Both the position numbers and the translations under genes were made by a program. A stretch of DNA of 64,000 nucleotides, taken from contig JANNWY010000293.1 in the NCBI GenBank assembly GCA_031409335.1, positions 1 through 64,000 of the forward strand, read 5' to 3'. Positions 17,332 to 26,526 of this stretch are shown in pieces. The stretch's first letter is position 1. Each line of letters opens with the position of its first letter. The notes beneath the pieces are model-generated. The model did no database searches, was not told the origin of the DNA, and saw nothing but the letters and a program-made list of their open reading frames with translations. The DNA comes from Chthoniobacteraceae bacterium (GTDB lineage: Bacteria > Verrucomicrobiota > Verrucomicrobiia > Chthoniobacterales > Chthoniobacteraceae).

Positions 17332-19845
17332 ATGACAGCACGTTTGCGCCGCGCGATTTGGATCACGTGGCGGGTCGTCCTCGCGGCAGTCGTCACGTTT
17401 TCCGCGCTCCTGCTTCTCTGGGCCACGAGCACGCTTTCGTGGCCACAGCGGTCATTCGAGTTGAAGAAAATCCGTGCAACCGAAGGCGTTGGTTTCACCT
17501 CGAAAATGCCGGCGCCGTGGCTTGGATTCACCTACGCGCCGCGATCGGGAATCCTGACGGAAGACGGACGCGCGCTGACGCCCGTCAACGAAAACGCCGT
17601 CGTCCGGGAACAGGGTCGCGGCACGTTTCGCGTGGGCGGCGAGCGCGTGCTTTTTTCCACGAGCGACGGCAGCGATGCGCTGACGAACGGAAGAAAATAC
17701 ACGCTGCGAGTGCAGGCGATCGTTCCGCCGCCGCTGCGTCCATTCATCTTCTGCGCCGGTCAACTCGCAGCGCTGCTCTTGCTCGGAAAACGTTTGTTCG
17801 TCTTCGCCGCGTGGCTGCGCCGTTCCGCTGTGGAAGGCGCGGGTGGCGCGCCGGCGATTTCCGCCAGCGCTTGGGCGCTTGTCTTGTTCGTGATCGCGCT
17901 GGCAGCGCGGCTCGGTTTTCTGTGGCTGAATCCCGATTACACCGACGGCCAGATGTCGATTCGCGGCACGCCGTATTCCGATGCGAAGGGCTGGCTCGAT
18001 ATGGCAAAATCCACGGCGCGCGGCGACGGAGTGGACACAACTTTTCCCGGAATGCGCGCGCTTTACCCGATGTTCCTCGCGAATTTCTTCACGTGGTTCG
18101 GCGACTCCGTGTTGTTTGCGAAATGGCTCCAGGCCATGATCGGCGCGGCTTCGGCGGCGTTGATTTTCCTGATCCTGCGCCGCGCGATGCCACTCTGGTC
18201 GGCGCTCGCGGCCGCGCTGTTTTTCGCAGTCGATCCGCGCCAGGTCACCCAGGCGGGCAGGCTGATGACGGAGCCATTCGGCCTCCTGCTCACCATGCTT
18301 TCCGCGTGGTGCCTCATCGTCGGCGGCGAGCGGCGGCGGATCGGAATGTTGTTCGTCGCGGGAGCGTTTTTAGCGTGCTCAAACCTCGCGCGACCGCTCA
18401 CGCTTTTCGCATTCCCATTCTTCGTCGCGGTCATCGCGGTGAATGCATTTCTGCGCGAGCCGCGCCGCTGGCGGGCCGCAGCGTTTCATCCCGCGGCCTT
18501 CGCGATCGGGACTGTGATTTGCCTCGCGCCGTGGGTCATTCGTGAACGCGTCGTCCACGGCATCTGGGCGATATCCGCGAACAGTTCCTCCGCACTTTTC
18601 GCCGCGAGCTCGCCGGAATTTGGCGTGTGGGGAAATGGCGTGGAATCTCTTGCCGCCGAGTCGGGCGTTCCCAATGAGGTGAAAAGCCGGTATGATTTTT
18701 TCCAGGCGCGTTTTCAGGAAAATCTCAGGAGATATCCCGGGTTTTACGCTTCGAATGTCGCGCGAAGTTTCGCCGTCGCTGCGAAGGGCTGCTCGAATGT
18801 TTCGCCGGTTTTCCTCGGCGCGGCGGTGGGAGCGATGGCGGCGCTGTGTCTGATGTCCCTTCGATTTGGCAGCATGAAAACGATTCTGTTGATCGCGTTG
18901 CCCGTAATCCCCGCAACCGCTCTGCTGGCGGTTACCAACAATCAATACGCCACCGCATTCGCCATCCTCGGTGCGGCGTTCACACTTTGGTGGCGCCCCT
19001 TTCCCGCGGCTGTGCTGGTTGTCTGTCACGGCGGCGGATTGCTGGGCAGCGCACTTTTCGGAAATCCCGATCTCCAACGCGTCCGTCTGCTCATCGACTG
19101 GGTGGAGGCAGGCTGGACGTTCGCTGGCGTGCTGGCACTCGCGAGCGTCATCGCGGCGATAGTCATACGTGTTCCGGTGCGCGCACTTCTCAGTGTGCCT
19201 GCGGGCCAGATTCGCGATTGCGCCGACGAACGAACCGCACCGTGGCTTCGCTGGATCGCCTGGGGATTCGCGGCATTCCTTTTTGTTTCGACGAGCCGCC
19301 TCGTTTTTCTCAATGCGATCAAGACGCCACCGCCGTCCCCCCCGCTGCGTCTCTCCGATACGGAACGTTCATTACTGCTTCAGGACTTCGTCTCCCGTTT
19401 CCCCACATGGCAGCGGATGTCCGACCCCGCGCTGATGGAAGCCACCAGAATTTGGAGGCGCCGGGCATTTGTTGAGTTCGGTGTGATTGAAAAGGAGGCG
19501 TATGAATTTCCGGCAAACATCGGATTTCCACATTGGACGAATCGGTTTGAACCGCGCCCATACGGTCACATCAGCTTAATTTTTCGTGGATCTGGCGAAT
19601 CCTTTACAGGAGGCATCTGGACGGAGTTTGCGGGCCAAGTCCCGCCGGAACTGCGAGACTCTCTCTGCATCGTGATCGGCCTGACAAAATATCGTCCGGC
19701 GATCGAACCCTATTTGACGAGATCCGTCGAAGCCTTGGCCATCATCCCCGCACCCGGATTCAAACCCGACTTCACCCGCGCCATCGTCGCCCCCATTTTT
19801 CCGGAAACGCAAACGCTGCTGGAGGAGCCGGTGGCTCCGCAATAG
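17332..19845 (+). CDS. Large polytopic membrane glycosyltransferase, GT-C/ArnT-PMT-like
   Basis: Many TM segments; periplasmic SDAKGW, YPMFLA, MTEP, LARP and LAPWVIR motifs. N-terminal periplasmic segment FSTSDGSDALTNGRKY. Confidence 0.7.
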   Translation: MTARLRRAIWITWRVVLAAVVTFSALLLLWATSTLSWPQRSFELKKIRATEGVGFTSKMPAPWLGFTYAPRSGILTEDGRALTPVNENAVVREQGRGTFRVGGERVLFSTSDGSDALTNGRKYTLRVQAIVPPPLRPFIFCAGQLAALLLLGKRLFVFAAWLRRSAVEGAGGAPAISASAWALVLFVIALAARLGFLWLNPDYTDGQMSIRGTPYSDAKGWLDMAKSTARGDGVDTTFPGMRALYPMFLANFFTWFGDSVLFAKWLQAMIGAASAALIFLILRRAMPLWSALAAALFFAVDPRQVTQAGRLMTEPFGLLLTMLSAWCLIVGGERRRIGMLFVAGAFLACSNLARPLTLFAFPFFVAVIAVNAFLREPRRWRAAAFHPAAFAIGTVICLAPWVIRERVVHGIWAISANSSSALFAASSPEFGVWGNGVESLAAESGVPNEVKSRYDFFQARFQENLRRYPGFYASNVARSFAVAAKGCSNVSPVFLGAAVGAMAALCLMSLRFGSMKTILLIALPVIPATALLAVTNNQYATAFAILGAAFTLWWRPFPAAVLVVCHGGGLLGSALFGNPDLQRVRLLIDWVEAGWTFAGVLALASVIAAIVIRVPVRALLSVPAGQIRDCADERTAPWLRWIAWGFAAFLFVSTSRLVFLNAIKTPPPSPPLRLSDTERSLLLQDFVSRFPTWQRMSDPALMEATRIWRRRAFVEFGVIEKEAYEFPANIGFPHWTNRFEPRPYGHISLIFRGSGESFTGGIWTEFAGQVPPELRDSLCIVIGLTKYRPAIEPYLTRSVEALAIIPAPGFKPDFTRAIVAPIFPETQTLLEEPVAPQ

Positions 19846-19859
19846 CGCCTTCGTAATGG

Positions 19860-21521
19860 TTACGGATTCTTGCGTTCAAAAACCCAAACCGAGGATTCGT
19901 CGACGATACGCCTGCATTGTTTCTCGAAGAACTCCCTGATTTCAGTGGGGTACTCAGCGAACCACGCTTTGTCGAAAACGGCGTACTTCCACTTGGCGTA
20001 TTCAAATGGCACCGATTCCGATCGAACCCTGATTTTCAGATCCCAAGGGTAAAGCACCAAGTCCGAATACGGGAACTTGTTCTCGATAATGTCCGAAACC
20101 TCGGGAACACCCGCATAGCTTTGCAGTAACTCCAGGCAAAATTCGCGCTTGGGAACCCGGTAGGTCCACAGAGTCACATCATCAGGGTGCCCGCGTAATT
20201 CATCGAAGCTCCGCATACCTTTCTTCACCTCGACTTCATGGCGATAGCGCGCTTCAGACGCATTTGTGTAACCGTGGTAACTCGCGAAAAAAACGACCCC
20301 GACGGCGGCGCACACCATCAGACGGACCTTTCGGTGGAGGTGCTCACCGATGGCGAGAAGCAGCAAGCCAATGGTGGGAACTCCGGCAACCAAATAGTGT
20401 GGCCCGTAGTGCTTCAAGACCGCCGCAAAAAAAAGACTCGCAGCGCATAGCAAATAAACGATCAAAGCGGCGTTGCTGGTTGCGGCTTTCCCGCGCCTGA
20501 TCAATGAATACAAAACCGAGGCAGAAAGCGCGCATACTGCGCACGCCAGGAGCAGAAAAGGCCAGAATGCCATCAACGACTGAAGTGCCGTCCAGATCGC
20601 CTTGTGTGACACAATCTCGGCGGAACCGCCGCCAAAGTGACCGGAATGCGTCAGCACTCCCTGATGCAGGCGCAATATTTTCGCCAATCCGCCAGCACCT
20701 AACACTAGTTTCGCCAGAATGTATGCCGTCGCGCTGAAACCCATGACAAATGCCATGATCTGCATTCCCAGGTTGGCAATGGATGGACGCCTCGCGAAAT
20801 AGTAGAAGCCCCAGGCGGGAACAACCGCGACCGTCCAAACCAGATAATTCAGTTTGTTCAGCCAGCAAAGCGCGCAAACGGCACCCCATGCACCCCACCA
20901 GCGAATAGCCGGCATGCCCATTCCAACGGACAGGCTCCTGCCGGCGATAACCACAACAGCCAATCCCAGCGGAAGGGCAAAGGTTTCATTGCTGAGCAGG
21001 CGAATCGAGTAGTCCCATCCCCCCTCGTAGCAGAAGTAAGAAAGTCCAACCGCCAACGAATAAAGAATGCCGTTGCGATACGCCGCCCGGACGTACAGGC
21101 ACGTGACGACCAAACTAATCACCACCGCTATAAGCCGAGTTGCCAGCCAGAAGGAAGAAGGATTGGCGAAGGCATCCTCGCAACGCCCGCGTGCATCCAA
21201 GTCGGTGCCCAGAAAGGCGAGACGGTAGCCGACCCACGAACTCACTTGGAAGGGGAACCCAGGGTGCATGGTATTGTCAAAATTGACTCGACGCCCGTTC
21301 AGAAACGTGGGTCCGGACAACCAGAAATCCATGTTTAACGCATGTGCCAGAGAAAGGCCCGGGTAGTCCATGAGTCCATTATTCCAAAACTCGATCGGGT
21401 GGTTTTGGTTCTCACGGTACGCAGCGGCAATCAGGATCGCGATTATCAGCAAGGGTGCGAGCCACTTGTTGGATCGCAGCAAAGCTTGATTCCGAATGGG
21501 AGGGCTAGGCAAATAGGACAT
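19860..21521 (-). CDS. Polytopic membrane protein, probable GT-C fold (paralog A)
   Basis: 553 aa with many TM segments; HPG, NETFALPL and NKLNY motifs; lower GC than flanks; aligns by eye along its length with 21540-23225. Confidence 0.75.
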   Translation of the reverse strand: MSYLPSPPIRNQALLRSNKWLAPLLIIAILIAAAYRENQNHPIEFWNNGLMDYPGLSLAHALNMDFWLSGPTFLNGRRVNFDNTMHPGFPFQVSSWVGYRLAFLGTDLDARGRCEDAFANPSSFWLATRLIAVVISLVVTCLYVRAAYRNGILYSLAVGLSYFCYEGGWDYSIRLLSNETFALPLGLAVVVIAGRSLSVGMGMPAIRWWGAWGAVCALCWLNKLNYLVWTVAVVPAWGFYYFARRPSIANLGMQIMAFVMGFSATAYILAKLVLGAGGLAKILRLHQGVLTHSGHFGGGSAEIVSHKAIWTALQSLMAFWPFLLLACAVCALSASVLYSLIRRGKAATSNAALIVYLLCAASLFFAAVLKHYGPHYLVAGVPTIGLLLLAIGEHLHRKVRLMVCAAVGVVFFASYHGYTNASEARYRHEVEVKKGMRSFDELRGHPDDVTLWTYRVPKREFCLELLQSYAGVPEVSDIIENKFPYSDLVLYPWDLKIRVRSESVPFEYAKWKYAVFDKAWFAEYPTEIREFFEKQCRRIVDESSVWVFERKNP

Positions 21522-21539
21522 CGCAGGGAGATTCGCCCA

Positions 21540-23225
21540 TTATTCCGCCGTCCGTTCAAATACGATCGTCATCGGCTCGTCGATGATACGTTTGCAGTGC
21601 CGCTCGAAATACTCCTTTGCGCTGGCTTGAGAGCCCGTCAGAAGGTAGCCGTAGTAATCCCGCTGAAAGACGGCGTAACGCCATTTCGCCTTATCGAAAG
21701 GCCTCGTCTCGGCCCCGACTCGGACGTCTGGATTCCACAAAAAATAAACGGAATCGGGCGTTGGGAATTTTTCGTCAATCACGGCGGCGACCTCCGGCAC
21801 CCCCGCGAGGTATTGGATCAGCTCCATCACGAAGCGGCGATTGGGCAGGCGATAAGTCCACATGACCCCGCCCCGGTCCCGGCCTGGCAGATCCTCGACC
21901 GCTTGCAGGCTGGTCTTCATCTCCATCTCCCGCCGGAAGTTCGTGTCTTCGAGGATCCAGAAGCGGCGATAGCTATGGATCAGGCCGAGGCATACCGCCA
22001 GGCTCAAAGCCACCCTCATTACAGCACCCACATGCCCGCCGATCGCCAGCAGGAGCAGCGAAATGGCTGGCACACCTGCGATGAGATAGTGCGAGCCATA
22101 GTGTTTCAAGGTGGCGGCTAGGAACAGCCCGGCGGCACAGAGCAAATAGATCAAATAAGCGGCGTTGCCGGATCGTGGCCAGCCGCTGCGCGCCGTGGAA
22201 ACGACGACCCCTAAACCAAGCGCGCAGATTCCAGCGGATAGCCCGAGAAACGGCCAGTAGGCCGAAAGGGAAAAAAGCGCGTTTCGGACCGCCGAGAGGG
22301 ATACCGCGCCCGCGGGGCCGATCCCGTAATTGCCTGAATGCGTCAACACAGCAAAGTGCAAATGCAGGATGCGGCTTAGTCCGCCGGAACCCAGAAACAA
22401 AGTCGCCAAGGCATATGCCGCGACGATAAAACCGCAGCCGAAGGCAGCCAGGCGCGAACCCATTTGGCGGATCGGAGGTCGCAATGCAAAGTAGTATGCA
22501 GCGAACGCTGGCAGCGCAGCCACAGTCCATGCGATATAGTTTAGTTTATTCAGCCAGCAAAGGGCGCAAAGACTGCCCCAGCCAAAGTACCATTTTAGGG
22601 CGGCCCCGCCCTCCGACGGGTTCAGACTTCGAGATGCAAACCACGCGACTGCGAGTGAAAGTGGCAGGGCGAAACTCTCATTGCCCAACATGCAGATGGT
22701 ATATTTCCACGCCGGTTCGTAACAATAGTACACGAGACCCACGGCAATGGAATATAGGAAGCCATAGGTGGAGGCGGCTCGGACGAGAAGGATCGAACCA
22801 ACCAGACCAAGAGCGATCGCAGCCAGGCGGAGGACCACCCAGAATGACGATGGATCGACAAAAACGGATTCGCAGCGTTCCGCAACATCGGCCGATTTTC
22901 CAAGCGTGGGTATCCGATAGGCGGCCCATGAAGTGGCTTGCAGCGGTAGTCCCGGATGCAGGCTGTTATTGTCGTTGACCGTCCGCCCGTTGATAAGCGG
23001 CGTTTGGGAAACCCAGAAGTCGATATTCAACGCGTGCGCGAGGCAGATGTTGACATAATCGCCCGCCGGTTCGCTGTGGCTCCAGAAATCCAGTGGGTGG
23101 CTCCGGTCTTCACGCCACGCCGCGGACAGTAGAATTGCGATGACCAGTCCGGGTGCCAATATCCGCCGACAGAGGCGCTGCCACATTGGTGGTCCACTCG
23201 GCGAACTGGTAAGCGATTGCGACAT
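21540..23225 (-). CDS. Polytopic membrane protein, probable GT-C fold (paralog B)
   Basis: 561 aa; shares LAHALNxDFW, PSSFW, LCWLNKLNY, VLTHSG, LKHYGxHYL, WTYR, AGVPEV and AKWxYAVF with paralog A. Confidence 0.75.
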   Translation of the reverse strand: MSQSLTSSPSGPPMWQRLCRRILAPGLVIAILLSAAWREDRSHPLDFWSHSEPAGDYVNICLAHALNIDFWVSQTPLINGRTVNDNNSLHPGLPLQATSWAAYRIPTLGKSADVAERCESVFVDPSSFWVVLRLAAIALGLVGSILLVRAASTYGFLYSIAVGLVYYCYEPAWKYTICMLGNESFALPLSLAVAWFASRSLNPSEGGAALKWYFGWGSLCALCWLNKLNYIAWTVAALPAFAAYYFALRPPIRQMGSRLAAFGCGFIVAAYALATLFLGSGGLSRILHLHFAVLTHSGNYGIGPAGAVSLSAVRNALFSLSAYWPFLGLSAGICALGLGVVVSTARSGWPRSGNAAYLIYLLCAAGLFLAATLKHYGSHYLIAGVPAISLLLLAIGGHVGAVMRVALSLAVCLGLIHSYRRFWILEDTNFRREMEMKTSLQAVEDLPGRDRGGVMWTYRLPNRRFVMELIQYLAGVPEVAAVIDEKFPTPDSVYFLWNPDVRVGAETRPFDKAKWRYAVFQRDYYGYLLTGSQASAKEYFERHCKRIIDEPMTIVFERTAE

Positions 23226-23330
23226 CTTACTGAAATGACTGCGCGGTTGAACGGGAGATCGCAGCGAGCGTCAACTTTTTTAGCAAAATCCTTGCTCTCG
23301 GTGCCGCGCGTCATGTGGGCTGCGGAGGCC

Positions 23331-24125
23331 ATGGGCCGTTTCGATTCTCATACCTCAGCAGCAGCCGCGGACGCAGGCGCTCCGCTCGATCAGCACAATG
23401 TCGAGATCCACGAGAATCGCGCGTCGTGGCAGGCGAAGCCGTTGCTGCGCGAGGTGTATGCGCATTTTTACCGGATGATTCGCGATCGGTTGCCGCGCGA
23501 TCGGAAGGGTGCGGTGCTCGAGATCGGGTCGGGGATGGGGAATATCAAGGAGTGGATTCCCGAGTGTGTGACGACCGACCTGTTTCCAAATCCGTGGCTC
23601 GATCGTGTGGAAAGCGTGTATCGCCTGAGCTGCGCGGATGGCAGCGCGAGCGCGTTCGTGCTCTTCGATGTTTTTCACCATTTGCGGCATCCTGGCGCGG
23701 CGCTCGGGGAAATGCGCCGCGCGCTGGAAACGTGCGGACGTGTGATTCTGATCGAGCCGGATATGGGCGCGCTTGGGCGACTCATTTTCGGAAAGTTTCA
23801 CCACGAGCCGATCGCGCTCGGGGAGAAGATCGAGTGGGATGCGCCGCCGGGCTGGGATCCTGAGCGACATGGTTACTACGCGGCGCAGGGAAATGCTTCG
23901 CGCATTTTTGTGGACGGAGAATTGCGGGAAAAGCTCGCGGGCTGGCGCTTCGTGGAGGTGAAGCGGATGCCTGCGTTTTCCTACATCGGCAGCGGTGGAT
24001 TTCGCGGGCCGCAGGTTTACCCGCGCTTCCTGCTACCACTCGTCCGCATCGTCGAAAATGTTTTCGCGCTGTTGCCGGGCGTTTTCTCCACGCGGCTGCT
24101 CGTCGTCCTCGAACGCCATGACTGA
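23331..24125 (+). CDS. Class I SAM-dependent methyltransferase
   Basis: GGAGG RBS before ATG 23331; LEIGSGMG motif I, DVFHHL, LIEP. Confidence 0.88.
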   Translation: MGRFDSHTSAAAADAGAPLDQHNVEIHENRASWQAKPLLREVYAHFYRMIRDRLPRDRKGAVLEIGSGMGNIKEWIPECVTTDLFPNPWLDRVESVYRLSCADGSASAFVLFDVFHHLRHPGAALGEMRRALETCGRVILIEPDMGALGRLIFGKFHHEPIALGEKIEWDAPPGWDPERHGYYAAQGNASRIFVDGELREKLAGWRFVEVKRMPAFSYIGSGGFRGPQVYPRFLLPLVRIVENVFALLPGVFSTRLLVVLERHD

Positions 24126-25539
24126 TCTTCCCATCCTCACCCGCGAGCAGATCGAGCGGACGCGCGCGTTTTATGCGAACGAGCCCGTCGAGCGGACGCC
24201 CTCCGGGCATCAGTATCAGACACTGCTCGCGCACTATTACCGGCTGCTGATTCCCGAGGATGCGAGCGTGCTGGAGATCGGCTGCGGCGCGGGTGAACTG
24301 CTGAGTCTGCTGCCGAATCGCCGCGTCACCGGCGTGGACCTTTCCGCAAAGCATGTCGAAGCCGCGGGCGCCGCGGTGCCGCACGGCGTTTTCCATGTGC
24401 AGGCAGGTGAGGAACTCGCGGTCGCAGGCGTGTTCGATTTCATCATCATCTCCGAGACGGTGAATCTCGCCGCGGACGTGCAGCGCATCTTCGAGCGCGC
24501 GCTGGCGGTGTCGCATCCGGGCTCGCGACTCCTTTGCAATTTCTACAGCGCGCTGTGGAAGCCCGTGCTGGAACTGGCAACCATGATGGGGCTGCGCGGA
24601 CGTGCGCCGCAGGGAAACTGGCTCGACCGGAGTGACGTGAAAAACATGCTCGAACTCGCGAATTGGGAGGTCATCAAGGCGCAGCCGCGCGTGTTGTGCC
24701 CGATCGAAATCCCGATCGTCAGCGACGTGCTGAATCGCTGGCTCGCGCCGCTGCTGCCGTGGTTTTGCCTTACCACATTCGTGATCGCGCGGCCGCGGCC
24801 GCAGCGGAAACGGGAGCGCGAGTTCACCGTGTCGGTCGTCGTCCCGGCGCGGAATGAATCGGGCAACATCGAGAACATCGTGCGGCGCACGCCGGAACTC
24901 GGCGCGGGGACGGAGCTGGTTTTCATCGAGGGAAATTCGACCGACGATACGTGGGCGAAAATCCAGGAAGTCGCCGCGGCGAATCCGGGGCGGAACATCA
25001 AGACGATGAAGCAGACCGGGAAGGGAAAGGGCAACGCCGTGCGCGAGGCGTTCGCGGTTTGCACGGGGGAAATTCTGATGATTCTCGATGCCGATCTCAC
25101 GATGCCCGCGGAGGAATTGCCGAAGTTTTACGAAGTCGTCGCGTCGCGCCACGGCGAGTTCGCGAACGGCGTACGGCTGGTCTATCCGATGGAATCGGAG
25201 GCGATGCAGTTCGCGAATCTGTGCGCGAACAAGGCGTTCGGAATCATCTTTAGCTGGCTGCTGGTGCAGCCAGTGAAGGACACGCTCTGCGGGACGAAGG
25301 TGCTCTTCCGCGCGGACTACGAAAGGCTCGCGCGGCAGCGCGCGTATTTCGGCGACTTCGATCCGTTCGGCGATTTCGACCTGCTGTTCGGCGCGGATAA
25401 ATTGCTACTGAAAATCGCCGACGTGCCGATCCGCTACCGCGACCGCACTTACGGCGACACGAATATCCAGCGCTGGCGTCACGGCGTGATGCTGCTGCGC
25501 ATGGTGATTTTCGCCGCGCGGAAATTGCGCTTCGTCTGA
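24118..25539 (+). CDS. Methyltransferase-fold + GT2 (polyprenol-phosphate glycosyltransferase-like) fusion
   Basis: N-terminal LEIGCGAG/GVDLS; C-terminal VVVPARNE, NSTDDT, GKGNA, DADL (DXD) and DTLCGTK. Confidence 0.92.
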   Translation: MTDLPILTREQIERTRAFYANEPVERTPSGHQYQTLLAHYYRLLIPEDASVLEIGCGAGELLSLLPNRRVTGVDLSAKHVEAAGAAVPHGVFHVQAGEELAVAGVFDFIIISETVNLAADVQRIFERALAVSHPGSRLLCNFYSALWKPVLELATMMGLRGRAPQGNWLDRSDVKNMLELANWEVIKAQPRVLCPIEIPIVSDVLNRWLAPLLPWFCLTTFVIARPRPQRKREREFTVSVVVPARNESGNIENIVRRTPELGAGTELVFIEGNSTDDTWAKIQEVAAANPGRNIKTMKQTGKGKGNAVREAFAVCTGEILMILDADLTMPAEELPKFYEVVASRHGEFANGVRLVYPMESEAMQFANLCANKAFGIIFSWLLVQPVKDTLCGTKVLFRADYERLARQRAYFGDFDPFGDFDLLFGADKLLLKIADVPIRYRDRTYGDTNIQRWRHGVMLLRMVIFAARKLRFV

Positions 25540-26309
25540 TGTCCGCCTTCGCCGCCCGCTTCAATCGTCTGCCGGTCTGGCATCGCCGCGTGCGCGTGTG
25601 GGGCGCGGATTTTCGCGCGTGTTCGCTCGACCGGCTCGTCTATCTCACGCTGCATCGGCTCGGCTTCATGGGCAAAGAAGAGCGCGCGTTTTTTGCGACG
25701 CAGGTGAAGCCCGGCATGAACATCGCCGAGGCCGGCGCGAACATCGGCGTTTACACGATCCAGCTTTCGCGGCTCGTCGGACCAGATGGGCGCGTGTTTG
25801 CGTTCGAGCCCGACCCGCATCTCTTCGCGTGCCTGCGCGAAAATCTGGAGCGCGCGGGAGTCACGAACGTCGAACCGCACCACTGCGCACTGGGCTCGGC
25901 AGCGGGAAAACTTTCCCTCGCGTGGGATGGTCTGAACAGCGGTGACACGCATCTTTCGCGCGAAGCGCAGGCGGGCGCGGCGCAGGTGGATGTCGCGCGG
26001 CTGGACACGGTGCTCGCGGGAACGCGCGTGGATTTTTTCAAGCTGGATGTGCAGGGCTGGGAGCTGGAAGTCCTGCGCGGGATGACCGGGCTGTTTGCGG
26101 CGAATCCGGCGTTGAAACTTTTCGTGGAATACTGGCCTGCCGGGCTGCGGCGCGCGGGGACCGAGCCGGGGGAGTTGCTCTCCTTTTTCAAAGAGCATGG
26201 GTGGGAGCTGGCGAGCACGCCGGATTTACAGGCGATGGATGCGGGGCGGTTTGCCGCTTGGGATGCGAAACCGAACGCGTTTCAGAACGTGCTCGCGACG
26301 CGCGGGTGA
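25539..26309 (+). CDS. FkbM family methyltransferase
   Basis: GANIGVYT, AFEP and KLDVQGWELEVLRG motifs. Confidence 0.92.
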   Translation: MSAFAARFNRLPVWHRRVRVWGADFRACSLDRLVYLTLHRLGFMGKEERAFFATQVKPGMNIAEAGANIGVYTIQLSRLVGPDGRVFAFEPDPHLFACLRENLERAGVTNVEPHHCALGSAAGKLSLAWDGLNSGDTHLSREAQAGAAQVDVARLDTVLAGTRVDFFKLDVQGWELEVLRGMTGLFAANPALKLFVEYWPAGLRRAGTEPGELLSFFKEHGWELASTPDLQAMDAGRFAAWDAKPNAFQNVLATRG

Positions 26310-26473
26310 TCCGGGGAGCGCACTCGTCCCGAGTGCTGGTTTTGGCGTCCCGCCGAAACGAACTTTCCTGCGCGTCCTTCCCGCGAGGCGCGCTGACTGG
26401 CCGTTGCACGCATTTGAAAGTCCGCGAAGGCGGGACGCCTTCGCCAGCACTCGGGACGAGCGCGCTCCCCGGA
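26310..26473. repeat. 164-bp intergenic palindromic element (REP/REPIN-like, family 2)
   Basis: TCCGGGGAGCGCACTCGTCCCGAGTGCTGG ... CCAGCACTCGGGACGAGCGCGCTCCCCGGA (30-bp arms, 1 mismatch); inner GGCGTCCCGCC/GGCGGGACGCC. Confidence 0.9.
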
Positions 26474-26526
26474 GTTTGCAGCGTTCCGACTTGCCACTTC
26501 GGGAAGCGGCGATTTGCATCCGCGAC

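Noticed and set aside
26197..26526. N-terminal extension of the CHASE2 cyclase ORF
   Set aside because: It overlaps the FkbM gene and reads through the palindromic repeat; most likely an ORF-calling artefact.
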